The notes beneath the pieces are model-generated. The model ran no database searches. It had not been told where the DNA came from and saw only the letters and a list, made by a program, of their open reading frames with translations. From Eledone cirrhosa (taxonomy: Eukaryota): a stretch of DNA of 64,000 bases. The stretch lies in the NCBI GenBank assembly GCA_964016885.1, contig OZ024741.1, forward strand, positions 73,036,001 through 73,100,000. Direction: 5' to 3'. Positions 25,993 through 40,807 of this stretch are shown here, in pieces; within the stretch, counting starts at the first letter, position 1, and each line of letters begins with the position of its first letter. The translations under genes and the position numbers were made by a program.

Positions 25993-26715
25993 GTGTGTGT
26001 TTGTGTGTATGAGTGTGTGTGTGTCTGTGTGTGTTTGTGTGCGTGTGTGCGTGTATGTGTGTGTGTGTTTGTGCGTGTATGTGTGTGTGTGTTTGTGTGT
26101 GTGTGTATATATGTGTGTATGTGTGTGTGTGCGTGTGTACGTGCGTGTGCGTGTATGTGTGTGTGTGCGTGTGTGTGCGTGTATGTGTGTGTGTGTGTTT
26201 GTGTGTGTATATATGTGTGTATGTGTGTGTGCGTGTGTGCGTGTATGTGTGTGTGTGCGTGTATGTGTGTGTGTGTTTGTGTATATATGTGTGTATGTGT
26301 GTGTGCGTGTGTGCGTGTATGTGTGTGTGTGTGCGTGTGCGTGCGTGTATGTGTGTGTGTGTTTGTGTGTTTGTTTGTGTGTGTGTGTGTGTGTATATAT
26401 GTGTGTATGTGTGTGTGTGCGTTTGTGTTTGTGCCTCTGTGTGTATGTGCCTATGTATACGCGTGTTTATAATATATTGTGATACTTCCTAATGTTCCAC
26501 TTGTAGGGTGAGTGTCCGGGCGTATGTGCGCGTGTGTATATATGTTGATATGCGTATGTCTGTGCGTGTTGCGTGCGTGTGTGTGTGTGTGTGTGTGTGT
26601 CTGTGTGTCTGTGTGTGTGTGTGTGTGTGTATATGTGCCTGTATGCGCCTTTGTGTAAGTGCGTGTGTGTGTGCGAGTGTTTGTGAGTGTGTGTGAGTGT
26701 ATGTGTATGTGATAT
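25993..26715. repeat. (GT)n-rich compound microsatellite
   Basis: Direct inspection. Confidence 0.9.
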
Positions 26716-27224
26716 ACTGTGATATTCTGCCTCTAGGTTATGGTGATAAACGTCTTCAGTGGACATATTGGTATGTATGTTTTATTGATGTCATCCATTG
26801 CTGTGATGGTATTGGTGGTGTTATTGTTGGTGTTGCCTTTGTTGTTGGTATTAGTGTTGGTGTTGGTGTTGTGTTGAGATTGTTGTTGGTGGTGTTGATG
26901 TTGCTGTTGGTATTGGTTGGAATGTTGTTGTTATTGTTGTTAGTGGTCATGGTGAAATGTCTTCTTTTTTTCTAGTTTCAGTCATTAGACCATAGCTTTT
27001 CTTGAGCACAGCCATGAAGTCGATCAAACCGACGGTTCTGGTACATAGTTTATCGATCTCATTTTACAACGCCCCCACCAAAACAAAAAAAACATGATAT
27101 AAACACAGACTCACACACAATTGTAAAAAAAACACAAAAACTAAAAAAAACGGACACACGCACATAAAGATATACATCTACACACACAAATTTGTATCTA
27201 TATATTTATATAATATAATATATA

Positions 27225-27443
<219 letters not shown>

Positions 27444-27480
27444 ATTTTATGTACAGAGCTAAAGTATATTATTATTATAA

Positions 27481-27640
27481 TGCCATGTTTGCAGCATAGA
27501 GTTACGGCCCTTTGCGGTCTGAGTTCAAATCCCGCCGAGGTTAACTTTGCCTTTCATCCTTACGGGCTCGATAAAATAAAGTACCAGTAATTCACTGAAT
27601 TAATTGCTGGCCTTATGCCAAAAGTAGAAATAATTATTAT
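27481..27640 (+). mobile_element. 5'-truncated Deu/Nin-type SINE
   Basis: GAGTTCAAATCCCGCCGAGGTTAACTTTGCCTTTCATCC. Confidence 0.85.
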
Positions 27641-27867
27641 AAATAAATTCTCAACGCAGCTGCATGCTAACTAAGGTTTCAAAGTCTACATTAACATAGT
27701 TTTAGAAACCGTATATGTGCTAGTGTTGATTATCTTTCAAGGAATATCAATATTGGTATTGTCTGAAAGATAAGAAACACTAGCAGATACACGTATGCTA
27801 AAGTAGACTATGAAACCTCAGGTAGCCTGCAGCTGTGTTGCGAATTTATGTATAACATGTATATATA

Positions 27868-28122
<255 letters not shown>

Positions 28123-28202
28123 TGTTAAATAGGCGGCTGCTATTATGTATAGCAAATATTCGGGTTAAAATATAACCTCTTATGAGAGGAGAGAGAGAGA
28201 GT

Positions 28203-28237
<35 letters not shown>

Positions 28238-28263
28238 TGAGAGAGAGAGAGAGAGAGAGAGGG

Positions 28264-28305
<42 letters not shown>

Positions 28306-28356
28306 AAGACAAGAAGAGCGTGAATGAGAACGATGGAGCACAATATTTTATGAAGG

Positions 28357-28482
28357 ATTACGAAAGATAACACACTGGAGAAAAGCTGAACATATATATA
28401 TATGTATATATATAAATAAATATATATATACATATATATATATATTTGTTCAGCTTTTCTCCACTGTTTTATCTATCGTAAT
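28357..28482. repeat. Diverged ~37-bp inverted repeat centred on (TA)n
   Basis: ATTACGAAAGATAACACACTGGAGAAAAGCTGAACA / TGTTCAGCTTTTCTCCACTGTTTTATCTATCGTAAT. Confidence 0.8.
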
Positions 28483-28495
28483 ATATATATATATA

Positions 28496-28556
<61 letters not shown>

Positions 28557-30746
28557 TAGTATTAAGAATACTATTTATGGTTATGTATATAATAAAACCT
28601 TTTATGGTTATACATTTTTTATACAAACCCCAAATAGTGAAAGATAGTCATTTATTACTATCTTATTACCAGTAAGATAAATAGCTCAATGTAATAACAT
28701 CAGTTGTTTTACAGAGCAGTTATATAGAGATTACAATAATCAAAGTTCAGTTTAAATCATTTATTTGCCTACAATTCGGAGCAACTAATTAGTGATCTAT
28801 AACATACTTGACCTCCTTTTCAACACAAGAGACATATAAAAACATATGCATATATTGACCCACAGTGGGATGACATCCATCAAAATGATATAGCATGGCA
28901 ATTTACATATAAAGGTTAAAGGATAAAAATAAAAATAAAAATAAAAATAAAAATAAAAATAAAAATAAAAATAAAAATAAAAATAAAAATAAAAATAAAA
29001 ATAAAAATAAAAATAAAAATAAAAATAAAAATAAAAATAAAAATAAAAATTAAAATTAAAATTAAAATAAAAATAAAAATAAAAATAAAAATAAAGATAA
29101 AAATAAAAATAATAATGAAACATTGGTAGTTTTTGAAGATAAAGCGAGAGGAAAGTTTAGAGTAGTCAGTGTATGAAACAATCTCACGTGTAGCATGCAC
29201 GCGTGTCTTATTTATACAGGCTTAGAGTGCGGCAGATTGTTATTTGCAGGATCAGGCAGTTGAAGCAGGCAATCTATAGTATTATGTGGGCTGAATTATT
29301 AAATCATTTTTTCGCATACACCTGTATGGTATATAATCCCGAATGTAGAGAAACACCAAAATATCAAAAATATCAAACATATTATAAAACATATTATAGC
29401 GTAGGCAAAACAGTCTTCGCGCACACCACCACTCACATAATCCATGAGACGCAATATATAGACCACGGGTCTATCATATAATCCACGATGGTTCAGCATC
29501 TAACCAAGTTATAAACCATATCTTGTCGATTCTTAATCAATAGATCATGTTTAGTTTTGTGTGATGATATTATATTCCGGAAGTGTGTGCGTGACCAAGG
29601 GGAGTTAATGCGTAAGGGGAGGTAACTGGCTGGGTTTCTTAGTTAAATTAAATTTATTATCCTAAATTACACTAATAGTATTTCAAATAAGTGCCTATCA
29701 TATGATGTTATAACTAATTTCTAGAATAGGTTACTTATCTATAGGTTACAGTGTAGTCTATTAAAGATGTATACACCAGGATGATTACCTTCTATTAAGG
29801 GTGTCATATCTGAACATTCTATAAGAATAGTCAGACCTCCAAATCAATGTTCTTTGTAAGTGTATTCCACCCGCAGAACCTGGCAGTGTCCTATTATTAT
29901 ATATGACTCCCGGTAAGCTCTGGGTCATTATATGTCTGAATCCTTGGCCAATTTGAATATCTCCTGGGTGATCTGGAGATCAATTCTCTCATATAAAGAC
30001 ACTAGTCTGGCCATCAAGCAATACATAAACTCCCATCTCACATATAAATTAAATTAGGTTTCTTATCTACAAATTAGAGTGGAGTCTATTAATAAGTACT
30101 AAAGGAGTTCATATCATGATGATTACAATCTAATATGGAGTGCCACACCTTGACAATCTATAAGAAGGGTCGGACTTCAAAATTAATTATATGTATATGG
30201 GTCTCACTACTAATAAGGGTCTTATTACTATTAAGGGTCCTATTACCATACAAGACTCCCGACAAGTTTCGGGTCATTGTATGACTGAATCCCTGGTAAA
30301 TTCAAATATCACCAGGGTGGTCCGGGGACCCGTTCTCTCATCAAAAGACACTAATCTGGTCATCAAGCAACACAGAAATTCCCAACTCATGTATCACCTG
30401 TGCATAATTCATTGTACTCATCGTATAGAATATATAGTCACTTAATTAATAAATTATTTACTTAATCATCAATCTATGTCATGGTAGCACTCCATGCACA
30501 GGATTATGTTAGCACAACCAATACAGTGTCTACAGTTTATATTAATCATATATTTGTGCAATGCAGTTTAAGTAATCCACGGCTAAGATATCAGAATTAG
30601 AAGTACATGGGGGTATCTCCAGGGTAGATGGTACTATAAGCTCGCCACTATTAGCTTTAGAGTATATAAATGGGTGTGGATGTGAGGTGTAAGGTGTGCC
30701 ACTGATGCTAATTGCTAGGGGTGGTGACGGTTCCAGTCTGACATTG

Positions 30747-32384
30747 TTATATATAGGGTTTAAAGTTTTGGAAAGAGTGCCGGAAGCGGTGTTGGCAAGA
30801 TGCGAAGACTTCTGATTTTTTATTAAGGAGATTATGGTTAGAGAAGATGATAGTATGGGTCTCTAGTAGACAGAGGTTACAAAATTTATTAGGTGGTTTG
30901 TACGATGTTGCACTACCTACCACTTCCCATTTAAGTGTATATAGTTTATTTTTAGTTTTTAGATAGTGTATGTAGCTAGATAGTGAAGTGGAGTTGGCTA
31001 GACTGTGTTTTTTGAAAGAGTGGAGGTGCGAATTGTATCTAGTTTTGAAGCAGTTAGAAGTAGAGCCTATATAGGTTTCAGAAGAGTTGTTAGTTGTGAC
31101 TGTACATGAGTATATGATATCCTTGGTTAAGCATTTTTTATCTAAAGGGCAGGTTCTATTTGATCTACAGTTACAATTATTCTGGGTGTTAGTCTGCCGG
31201 TTAATATGCTGTGTAGAAGTCTGGATGTTAGCTATAGGGTTATGGTTATGTGGGTTGTCATTCGCAGCGTTATTGTTTACACTAGTACTATTACTATTAT
31301 TTCTATTGATATTAGGGTTAGTTGCTATAATGTTATTTTGAATGTTATTTTGAAGCTTTATCGTCTGTTGTGATTTAGTTTGTTGGAAGTAAGAATTAAT
31401 TTTTCTTTTATTGCTACTAGCTATGTGGTATGCTAAGTTAGGCGTAGTAGAGTATGAGATTTTAATAGTGTTTTTGTTTAAAAGGCTATGGTACTTGTGG
31501 CCGGATGGGAAGTTTTTATCTAGTAGTGAGAAGAAAGCCCTAGGTAGGTTGGTGGAGACGTTTAGATTGAAAGGAGGGTTGAAAAATGTATTATTTCTTC
31601 TTCTATTTCTGTTTTTTATGTCTGGTGATTTGTTTCCTTTAATGTTCCTATGGTAATTTCTGTGGTGTGGGTTACTTTTGTTGTTATCATCTCTATTAGT
31701 GTGTGTGTGGTTGCTATTCCTATTATTAAATTTTCTCATGGACATGTTGTGTGAAATAATGTTGTAGCTATGCGTTTTTGTAGGTAGGAACTCTATCCCT
31801 GTATTATGGCCTGATCTAACTAATGCCTGATTATAATATTGCGAGTTATTGTTAAATGTGTTTACGTCATATGATAGATTAGAGATTCTATTAGATACTC
31901 CCTTAGAGATAGAGTTTAATATAGATCTAGGGTGGATAGACTTGGTATCTACGTAAATGAGTTTTTCATTAGGTTTGTGGAAAGGTGCATATATCATTGA
32001 GTCTAGGTAGAGTGTGGCGTCTAGGAAGTTGACGTTTTTTGTGTTTTTGTCCATGGTAATACTAAGGTTATAGTTTTTGAATGTTTTGTGCAATAGTTTT
32101 CTAGTTCTTTCTATATTGAATTTTTTATAATCTATAAGTAGAAGTGCATCGTCGCGATACAAACCACCGTTGAGGTAAGGAAGGTCCTTATGGATTTGGT
32201 TAAGTAAATATAGGCCGACTAAATCAGTGACCTGCGCCGAGTCACTAGACCCCATGGTAATGTCGAAGTTGTTTTGCGTATCTTTGCGGGTCCATAATTG
32301 GTCTTTAAAGGTGATTAGTGTTTTACGGGCCGCAAATATGACATCAATCTGGGGTCTAGTCAGGTCACTATTGTCCATGGCCAT
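30747..32384 (-). CDS. PLE reverse transcriptase (C-terminal part) + GIY-YIG endonuclease; open for 545 aa, with RT homology continuing upstream through a frameshift to ~32570
   Basis: FDITMGSSDSAQVTDLVG, GLYRDDAL, FNPPFN, CNCRSNRTCPLDKKC, IIY...TYIG, CNLCLLE and LLNKKSE...CQH. Upstream frames give FIQFDINSYY and ILDKIIP. Confidence 0.9.
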   Translation of the reverse strand: MAMDNSDLTRPQIDVIFAARKTLITFKDQLWTRKDTQNNFDITMGSSDSAQVTDLVGLYLLNQIHKDLPYLNGGLYRDDALLLIDYKKFNIERTRKLLHKTFKNYNLSITMDKNTKNVNFLDATLYLDSMIYAPFHKPNEKLIYVDTKSIHPRSILNSISKGVSNRISNLSYDVNTFNNNSQYYNQALVRSGHNTGIEFLPTKTHSYNIISHNMSMRKFNNRNSNHTHTNRDDNNKSNPHHRNYHRNIKGNKSPDIKNRNRRRNNTFFNPPFNLNVSTNLPRAFFSLLDKNFPSGHKYHSLLNKNTIKISYSTTPNLAYHIASSNKRKINSYFQQTKSQQTIKLQNNIQNNIIATNPNINRNNSNSTSVNNNAANDNPHNHNPIANIQTSTQHINRQTNTQNNCNCRSNRTCPLDKKCLTKDIIYSCTVTTNNSSETYIGSTSNCFKTRYNSHLHSFKKHSLANSTSLSSYIHYLKTKNKLYTLKWEVVGSATSYKPPNKFCNLCLLETHTIIFSNHNLLNKKSEVFASCQHRFRHSFQNFKPYI

Positions 32385-34330
32385 TATAAGTGCCTTATTT
32401 AATAGGATAGGGGAAATAGAGGTGTAGTAAGAATTGATATCAAATTGAATAAATTTTTTATCCTTGTTATCTTTGATATCTTTGATATCTTTTCAATCAC
32501 TTCACCCGTATTTCCCCATTGTTTAAGGTAAATCTTGCGTTTAATCTGTGGGATGATTTTATCTAAAATTTATATACTCTAAAGCTAAACATTTATATAC
32601 TCTAAAGCTAAACATTTATATACTCTAAAGCTAATAGTGGCGACCTTATAGTACAATCTACCCTGGAGATACCCCATGTACTTTTAATTCTGATATCTTA
32701 GCCGTGGATTACTTAAACTGCATTGCACAAATATATGATTAATATAAACTGTAGACACTGTATTGGTTGTGCTAACATAATCCCGTGCATGGAGTGCTAC
32801 CATGACATAGATTGATGATTAAGTAAATAATTTATTATTAAGTGACTATATATTCTATACGATGAGTACAATGAATTATGCACAGGTGATACATGATTTG
32901 GGAGTTTCTGTGTTGCTTGATGACCAGATTAGTGTCTTTTGATGAGAGAACGGGTCCCCAGACCACCCTGGTGATATTTGAATTTACCAGGGATTCAGTC
33001 ATACAATGACCCGAAACTTGTCGGGAGTCTTGTATGGTAATAGGACCCTTAATAGTAATAAGACCCTTATTAGTAGTGAGACCCATATACATATAATTAA
33101 TTTTGAAGTCCGACCCTTCTTATAGATTGTCAAGGTGTGGCACTCCATATTAGATTGTAATCATCATGATATGAACTCCTTTAGTACTTATTAATAGACT
33201 CCACTCTAATTTGTAGATAAGATACCTAATTTAATTTATATGTGAGATGGGAGTTTATGTATTGCTTGATGGCCAGACTAGTGTCTTTATATGAGAGAAT
33301 TGATCTCCAGATCACCCAGGAGATATTCAAATTGGCCAAGGATTCAGACATATAATGACCCAGAGCTTACCGGGAGTCATATATAATAATAGGACACTGC
33401 CAGGTTCTGCGGGTGGAATACACTTACAAAGAACATTGATTTGGAGGTCTGACTATTCTTATAGAATGTTCAGATATGACACCCCTTAATAGAAGGTAAT
33501 CATCCTGGTGTATACATCTCTAATAGACTACACTGTAACCTATAGATAAGTAACCTATTCTAGAAATTAGTTATAACATCATATGATAGGCACTTATTTG
33601 AAACACTATTAGTGTAATTTAGGATAATAAATTTAATTTAACTAAGAAAACCAGCCAGTTACCTCCCCTTACGCATTAACTCCCCTTGGTCACGCACACA
33701 CTTCCGGAATATAATATCATCACACAAAACTAAACAACATGATCTATTGATTAAGAATCGACAAGATATGGTTTATAACTTGGTTATATGCTGAACCATC
33801 GTGGATTATATGATAGACCCGTGGTCTATATATTGCGTCTCATGGATTATGTGAGTGGTGGTGTGCGCGAAGACTGTTTTGCCTACGCTATAATATGTTT
33901 TATAATATGTTTGATATTTTTGATATTTTGGTGTTTCTCTACATTCGGGATTATATATGTATGCGAAAAAATGATTTAACAATTCAGCCCACATAATACT
34001 ATAGATTGCCTGCTTCAACTGCCTGATCCTGCAAATAACAATCTGCCGCACTCTAATCCTGTATAAATAAGACACGCGTGCATGCTACACGTGAGATTGT
34101 TTCATACACTGACTACTCTAAACTTTCCTCTCGCTTTATCTTCATAAGCTGCCAATGTTTTATTTTTATTTTTATTTTTATTTTTATTTTTATTTTTAAC
34201 CATTATATGTAAATTGCCATGCTATATCATTTTGATGGATGTCATCCCACTGTGAGTCAATATATGCATATGTTTTTATATGTCTCTTGTGTTGAAAAGG
34301 AGGTCAAGTATGTTATAGATCACTAATTAG

Positions 34331-34379
34331 TTGCTCCGAAGAATCCAAACCTCGGTTTGGAGGAAACAATAGTAAGCAA
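34331..34379 (+). ncRNA. Hammerhead-like motif with variant core CCGAAGA
   Basis: TTGCT-CCGAAGA-aTCCAAACctcgGTTTGGAg-GAAA-CAATAG-TA-AGCAA, overlapping AATAAA. The mirror copy at 28765-28784 has lost stem II and GAAA. Confidence 0.7.
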
Positions 34380-34430
34380 ATAAATGATTTAAACTGAACT
34401 TTGATTATTGTAATCTCTCTATATATATAA

Positions 34431-35292
<862 letters not shown>

Positions 35293-35418
35293 CTTCTACC
35301 TGGAGTTGCGACCGATAGATAGTATTAGCAATTGGAAAGACCAACGGAAACATTGTTCCCTCGGTCCGATTTGACGAAAGTCGATCGTTCCTATATATAT
35401 AAATATATATATATATAT

Positions 35419-35629
35419 ATTAGAAAATAGAATAGCTTTCACCGTATTTTTTTACTATAGAAATTTTAGTCTGATAATGGGGTTTAGAACCCTCAGATAA
35501 ATGGAAAAAGATGAGTATTGTCGTACATGCACCCCATTATCAGACTAAAATTTCTCTAGTAAAAAAATACGGTGAAAGCTATTCTATTTTCTAATTTCAA
35601 ACCTGCTCACTGTTTCAAAACATATTTAC

Positions 35630-35635
<6 letters not shown>
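35419..35635. mobile_element. Fold-back insertion in (TA)n (arms 35419-35483 and 35531-35595)
   Basis: 65-bp arms with one mismatch, plus a ~40-nt tail running into (TA)n. Confidence 0.75.
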
Positions 35636-35711
<76 letters not shown>

Positions 35712-35986
35712 GTATGTATGTATATGTATATATGAATAAAGTTAGTCCTTCATCAGTGATCTTCCAACCATCATTGGTATTTCATCGCTTTAAAGACCAT
35801 ATACCTCCGGTTGGTGCGAGCAACGGCTAAAAAAAGTCGTTGGGACACGTAAATAAAGGGGACATGAGAGTGTAAACAAACAAAGATGGTGAAGCAACGA
35901 AAAGTGAGGAAGAAAGAATCAAGTCCCAAATTTCCATGAATATAAGTTTGGTGAAATCGTGAACGCGAGAGAATAAAGACCATCAA

Positions 35987-36061
<75 letters not shown>

Positions 36062-36063
<2 letters not shown>

Positions 36064-36320
36064 GGTGCGGTGGAGTGTAGTGGGTGTGGTGTGGTGTGGT
36101 GTAGTTTGGTGTGGTGTGGTGTAGCATAGTGTGGTATGGTGTGGTGTGGTATGGTGTAGTGTAGTGTGGTGTGGTGTGGTGTAGTCTGGTGCGGTGTGTT
36201 GTAGTGTGGTGTGGTGTCGTGTCGTGTAGTCTGGTGTGGTGTGGTGTAGTGTAGCGGAGTGTGGTGTAGTGTGGGTGGTGAAGTGTGGTATGGTGTGGTG
36301 TATTGTTGTAGTGTAAGGTA
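36062..36320. repeat. (GTGTG/GTGGT)-type pentamer microsatellite
   Basis: Direct inspection. Confidence 0.85.
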
Positions 36321-36697
36321 GTATGCACACACACACAATATTTATAGTATGTTGGCCTTTTCGACTTTTCATATAGTAATTGAATTTTAATGATCTTTAG
36401 TGTAATACACTAGACAATGCTGCAGGTCCATTAATACTTAATAACATTATAGTTTGTTTAGCATGAATCTGTCGAATTAGTATGAGGTTTGTTGGTGATT
36501 AAATATTATTTTTTCTATTTATTTTTATTTTGTTTGCAGTCCGAATTAAATAACCTTATAGATGACAAATTAGAGTAGTCCCACTTTTATTTACCACCTT
36601 TACGCCACGTTATTATTTGACGACTAAAAACGTCATCAACTGATGTACATTTCTATACACTTAGCGGCGATAAACAAAGTAACATGTTATCTTGAGA

Positions 36698-36885
36698 GGG
36701 CGGTGGATTGGCAGTATCGGTAGAGAGTCGGACGCCATGCTTTCCAGCATAGTTACGTCCCTTTACGATCTGAGTTCAAATCCCGCCGAGGTTGACTTTG
36801 CCTTTCATCCTTACGGGATCGATAAAATAAAGTACCAGTAATGCACTGGGTAATTGCTGGCCTTGTGCCTAAAATAGAAACAGTT
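36698..36885 (+). mobile_element. Full-length Deu/Nin-type tRNA SINE
   Basis: GGCGGTGGATTGGCAGTATCGGTAGAG...GAGTTCAAATCC...GCCTTTCATCC...GATAAAATAAAGTACCAG. Confidence 0.9.
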
Positions 36886-38186
36886 ATCTTGAGCCAGACT
36901 TATAAATGTACGTGGTATGTAGGCTGTCTTTTATTCTCTATAATCTCTGTATATATGTTTGGGTTTGATCCCACCTAGCAGGCATGCTAGCGTAACTGGT
37001 GGATTTAATGATTTGGGCACTTTGTGTTATTTTCTTTTCTGTTTTGTATAGATTGTTTACCCACGTGGATCGCTGCTGCTGTTGCCAGACATTGTTTTTG
37101 ACGAGTTCGTGACTGGATTGTGTGTGGAGACTTTGGTTGGATTGAATCTGGAACTGAATCTTGAACACATTATAATATACGGCCTGGGATCTTATACATA
37201 GAGGGGTTTTTTTATGTATAAATCCAGCATGTAATTCATGTGACTGGATGTGATGTTACGTTTGAGTGATAATTTATATCCAACTATTTTGTACTTTTAA
37301 ATGATCTACATATGTTGTGTTATTTAGACGGATTAGTTTTCTACTGACAATCCCATTTCTATTTAACCCCTAGACACTCGGGAAATATGTAACCAATTGG
37401 TCTAGCCTATACTATTAATATACATGTGTAATAACTTTGCCAGTTGGTTTTACAGTAACTAATATAATAAGATTGCTACAGCTCTATCTTACAATAACCC
37501 CGATTGCTTGTGCATAGCCTGCTTTTTATGTCATGCCTGTCTATATACTTGTTATACTCAGCTCTATCCTGTAATAACCATAATTTGCTTGTGTATGGCT
37601 TGCACTTATGTGATACCCACCTATATGCTTGTGGAGCACCCATTGGCTACGTAATTCGGGTACCTACCAGTATACCTCGTATATGTATAACATGGCGAGG
37701 ATTCTGATTACTGTGGTCTTTCTAGATGTACCGTAAGGACCTCCTAATGCTTATATAATTGTAAGTTACGGAGATCCTATTCACTCGTTTTATTAGGGAC
37801 CAGAGCTTAAATTCCTATAGCTTCTTTATGTGCTTAAAACATTTTTCTTCTTTATGTTTTTATTTCTTTTTTAAAAATAAAAAAATAAAAATTTGTTTAC
37901 CTTTTTATTTTTTATCTCTTTATATTATCTTCCTTTTATTATTTTTATTATTATTTATTATATTTTAACCATTGCCTGTATTTTTTGCTTTTGTGTGCCA
38001 TCAATTATACTTGCATCTTGTAGAATCCGCTTGTGCCCTGGCATTTAGCTGTGGTGCTTAACAACCCCAACATGTACCCCCTCCTTGTTCGCCATCTCCG
38101 ATCTCCCTATCTTTACCCTCTTTTGCATTCCGATTGTTCGTGTGATTAGGCTTTGTGGGGCTTATACTCAACACTGTGTTTATTAA

Positions 38187-38231
38187 GCTCTGAGGATTCA
38201 TACCAAACGGTATGGATGAAACATTGTAAGC
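38187..38231 (+). ncRNA. Type I hammerhead motif at the 3' end of a PLE-type remnant (~36.9/37.3 kb to 38278)
   Basis: GCT-CTGAGGA-TTCATACCaaacGGTATGGAt-GAAA-CATTG-TA-AGC, AATAAA at 38233, then (TA)n at 38278. Confidence 0.8.
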
Positions 38232-38304
38232 AAATAAAAACTGTTTGAGTATGTAAAAGTTCTTTGGTTTCTTTTACATATATATATATATATATATATA
38301 TACA

Positions 38305-40807
38305 CTAGCAGAAGTACCTGGCGTTTCCCGGGTGTAAGTCGACCTTTGGTCTGTTAGAATGTGTGAAAGTTACTTCCCGCGCATCACAGGTTCAAAACTT
38401 CGAACTTCAATGAAAAAAAATAGGTTAGTAGACACAGGTGTGTAATTTATTAATTGTAGTTACACAGTGTATCGTTGAAATTGTTCTCTGCACGACTGAC
38501 GGAAGTCAAAATCGCTTGATATTGAATGTTCAGTTAATTTAAAGCAGGGTGAAAATGTCGATTACTTTCAGGGTTTTTTTTTTTTACAATTTTTGCGCTC
38601 ACATGTGCAGAAGAAGAATTAAAAGGGCCTTTATCTTAACCGCGGCATAATGGCGAGTCTTTTGTGACAGTTTTCAAGAATATAGGACGTTCCTGTAAAA
38701 AATTTTCCCATGTGTAACTTTGCCTTGTTTTTTTGCGCAAAGTCGAGCCCCGCTTCAGTTTTATTGATTTTTTACATCAATGCGTGATCTCTGAAGTAGA
38801 TTTGTGTAGCTAAAAACCTGTCCCGATAAATTTGCTATAGGTGAAAAAAAGTTGATCAAAATTGTATCTAGGGTTATTGCCCTTTGCCACAGCCTCAAGC
38901 CTCGTCTGACGGGATGTTGGTGATTCCTCCGTCAGCGCTTGTTGGCGACGAAGGCGAACATCAGCAAGCCTTGTCGTACGTGATGTTGGTGACTCAACCA
39001 GCCGGGAAAGACGTCTATCAGCGAGTCGAGATTCGCGCTCAGCAGGTGTTTCCTAGAGAAAATTAATTAATTCTACTGGTTAGCTAAGCCAATGGCAGTG
39101 TCAATAGTAAATGAGAAAAGTCTAACATGAACAAAAGGGAATCAAGGTAAGACAATAAATTTAATATAACTACGATTAGAATGTTGTAGTAGCTTAAAAG
39201 TGGTGACAGTTAGGATAAACGCAGTACTTGCTAACATTAAGGGAGAATATTGCATAAAGGATTAATCAATTGTGAATGAACTCATACCTGAGAACGCCTA
39301 ATTCGTTGTCTCAAAGCAGTAGCTGTACCTTTTTTGGAGGTAAGTCTTGAACGTTTCCGTGTGGGCATAACGACGTGTAACGAAGCTGTTAGGTTAGAGA
39401 GAGGTGATTAAATACAGAGAGAGATGACACCAGATTCGTTAGCATGGTTACTGGTGAATGGGAAGGTTTGGAAATATGATTACAATAACTTACCGAATTT
39501 TCCGGTCTATAAATTGCACTTAAAATAATTAAATTTAATCAAAAAACAGCTCTGCGCTTTATACTCCGGTGAGCCTTATGTATAAATAATACAATGGTAA
39601 TCAATCATGGCTCAAACAGAAGTAATAGATCTAGACTAAAAGTAAAGAAGATAGCATTTTCCTGGTTGGCCTTACACGTCGTTGCGCGGACCTGATTTTA
39701 AATGATACGCCTTATATCCTGGTGAGCCTTATAGAGCGGAAAATATCCATTGGAAAAGAATACGAATTCATGACCAAGGTGTGACAAAGTAGGCGTCTAT
39801 ACAGCGCCTGAAACAAACTTGTCCAAAACCCTAGGATTTTTCTCGTTAAGTATCCACCCAAAAGGAACCGTTTTTTAGTTACAAAAAATAACCAAAGTGT
39901 ATAGTAGCTATATTTCTGACATATCATGCCAAAAAGAACAATATATTAAAAAAATGTTCTAAAGTACATTCAATCTCTCTTTTTGACCGATATCTTAATA
40001 AGCAAGTTATCGATTTTTTATTGGCTGTCAGTGTCTATCTGCATGCAGGTGTGCACGTGTGCGCAATTAATTGCAAATACGCTCATAACATTTAGTCGTA
40101 AGCAGAACAAAAAATGCCATTAGAGGTGGGCTAATAATGAAGACACAAACCCTGGTGAACTTACGTTTAAACACCCGAAAAGTTACTCACTTCCTGTGCA
40201 AAAGACTGTATTATAAATTAAGTAATTTTTTAGAATCTTTTGTTTAAAAAAGGAAAACATTGGTACGACGTAAATTTTTTTACTTGTATTGTATGTGTAC
40301 AACACAACTTGGTCAACGTATTATTTAGTAATTTTTTTTTCAAAAAGCATGATTATTTAAGACTGTTTGAAAATTTACTCACAGCTTTTAGGTTCACAAA
40401 AGACATCATTAAATTTGGTTCCCTTTTCAGATAGGGATAATACTGTATTTCCACTTGAATAAGGTGGAATATGAAAAGATAAACTCTTTACTGAGACAGC
40501 TGGGAAGACATGCAGCTGGCCGTCCAATCAATAACGCACGTCCTTATATGGGCATATGAAATTTATTTTTATTGCGCCAGATGTAAACTAAGAGTTCTTG
40601 TGTTCGAATTCACATAAAATTTCATTGGAATCGAAAAACATTCTGTCATAGGGCCCGATTATCGATTTTTCAAAAATTTCAAGTAGCCTATTCCACTCTA
40701 CGCGTTGAGTTTTATATATGTGTGAGGTTTCATGGAAATTGGATGAACGGTGTAGCATGCAAGTTCGGTACACTAAACAATGTCCATCTTCCCTTTATAT
40801 ATATAGA
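38305..40807 (-). mobile_element. Non-autonomous Helitron
   Basis: Minus strand starts A|TCTATATATATAAA (40807) and ends with the imperfect hairpin ACCCGGgaaacgCCAGGT plus CTAG|T (38305). No TSD and no Rep/Hel ORF. Confidence 0.75.
39491..39750. mobile_element. Nested MITE (CCGTATTT-type TIR family), degenerate
   Basis: TACCGAATTTTCCGGTCTATAA ... TTATAGAGCGGAAAATATCC, with a repeated GGTGAGCCTTAT subterminal motif. Confidence 0.55.

Larger units (their letters stand above)
28555..34420 (-). mobile_element. Hydra-clade-type PLE, 5'-truncated, with a ~2.1-kb 3' UTR and a ~1.85-kb inverted copy of that UTR upstream
   Basis: 28717-30671 and 32614-34418 are near-identical reverse complements flanking the RT-EN ORF. 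TA repeats lie at both ends. Confidence 0.92.

Noticed and set aside
35731-35800. Minus-strand GAAA...CTGATGA as a type II hammerhead
   Set aside because: Stems I and III and the NUH triplet cannot be formed convincingly.
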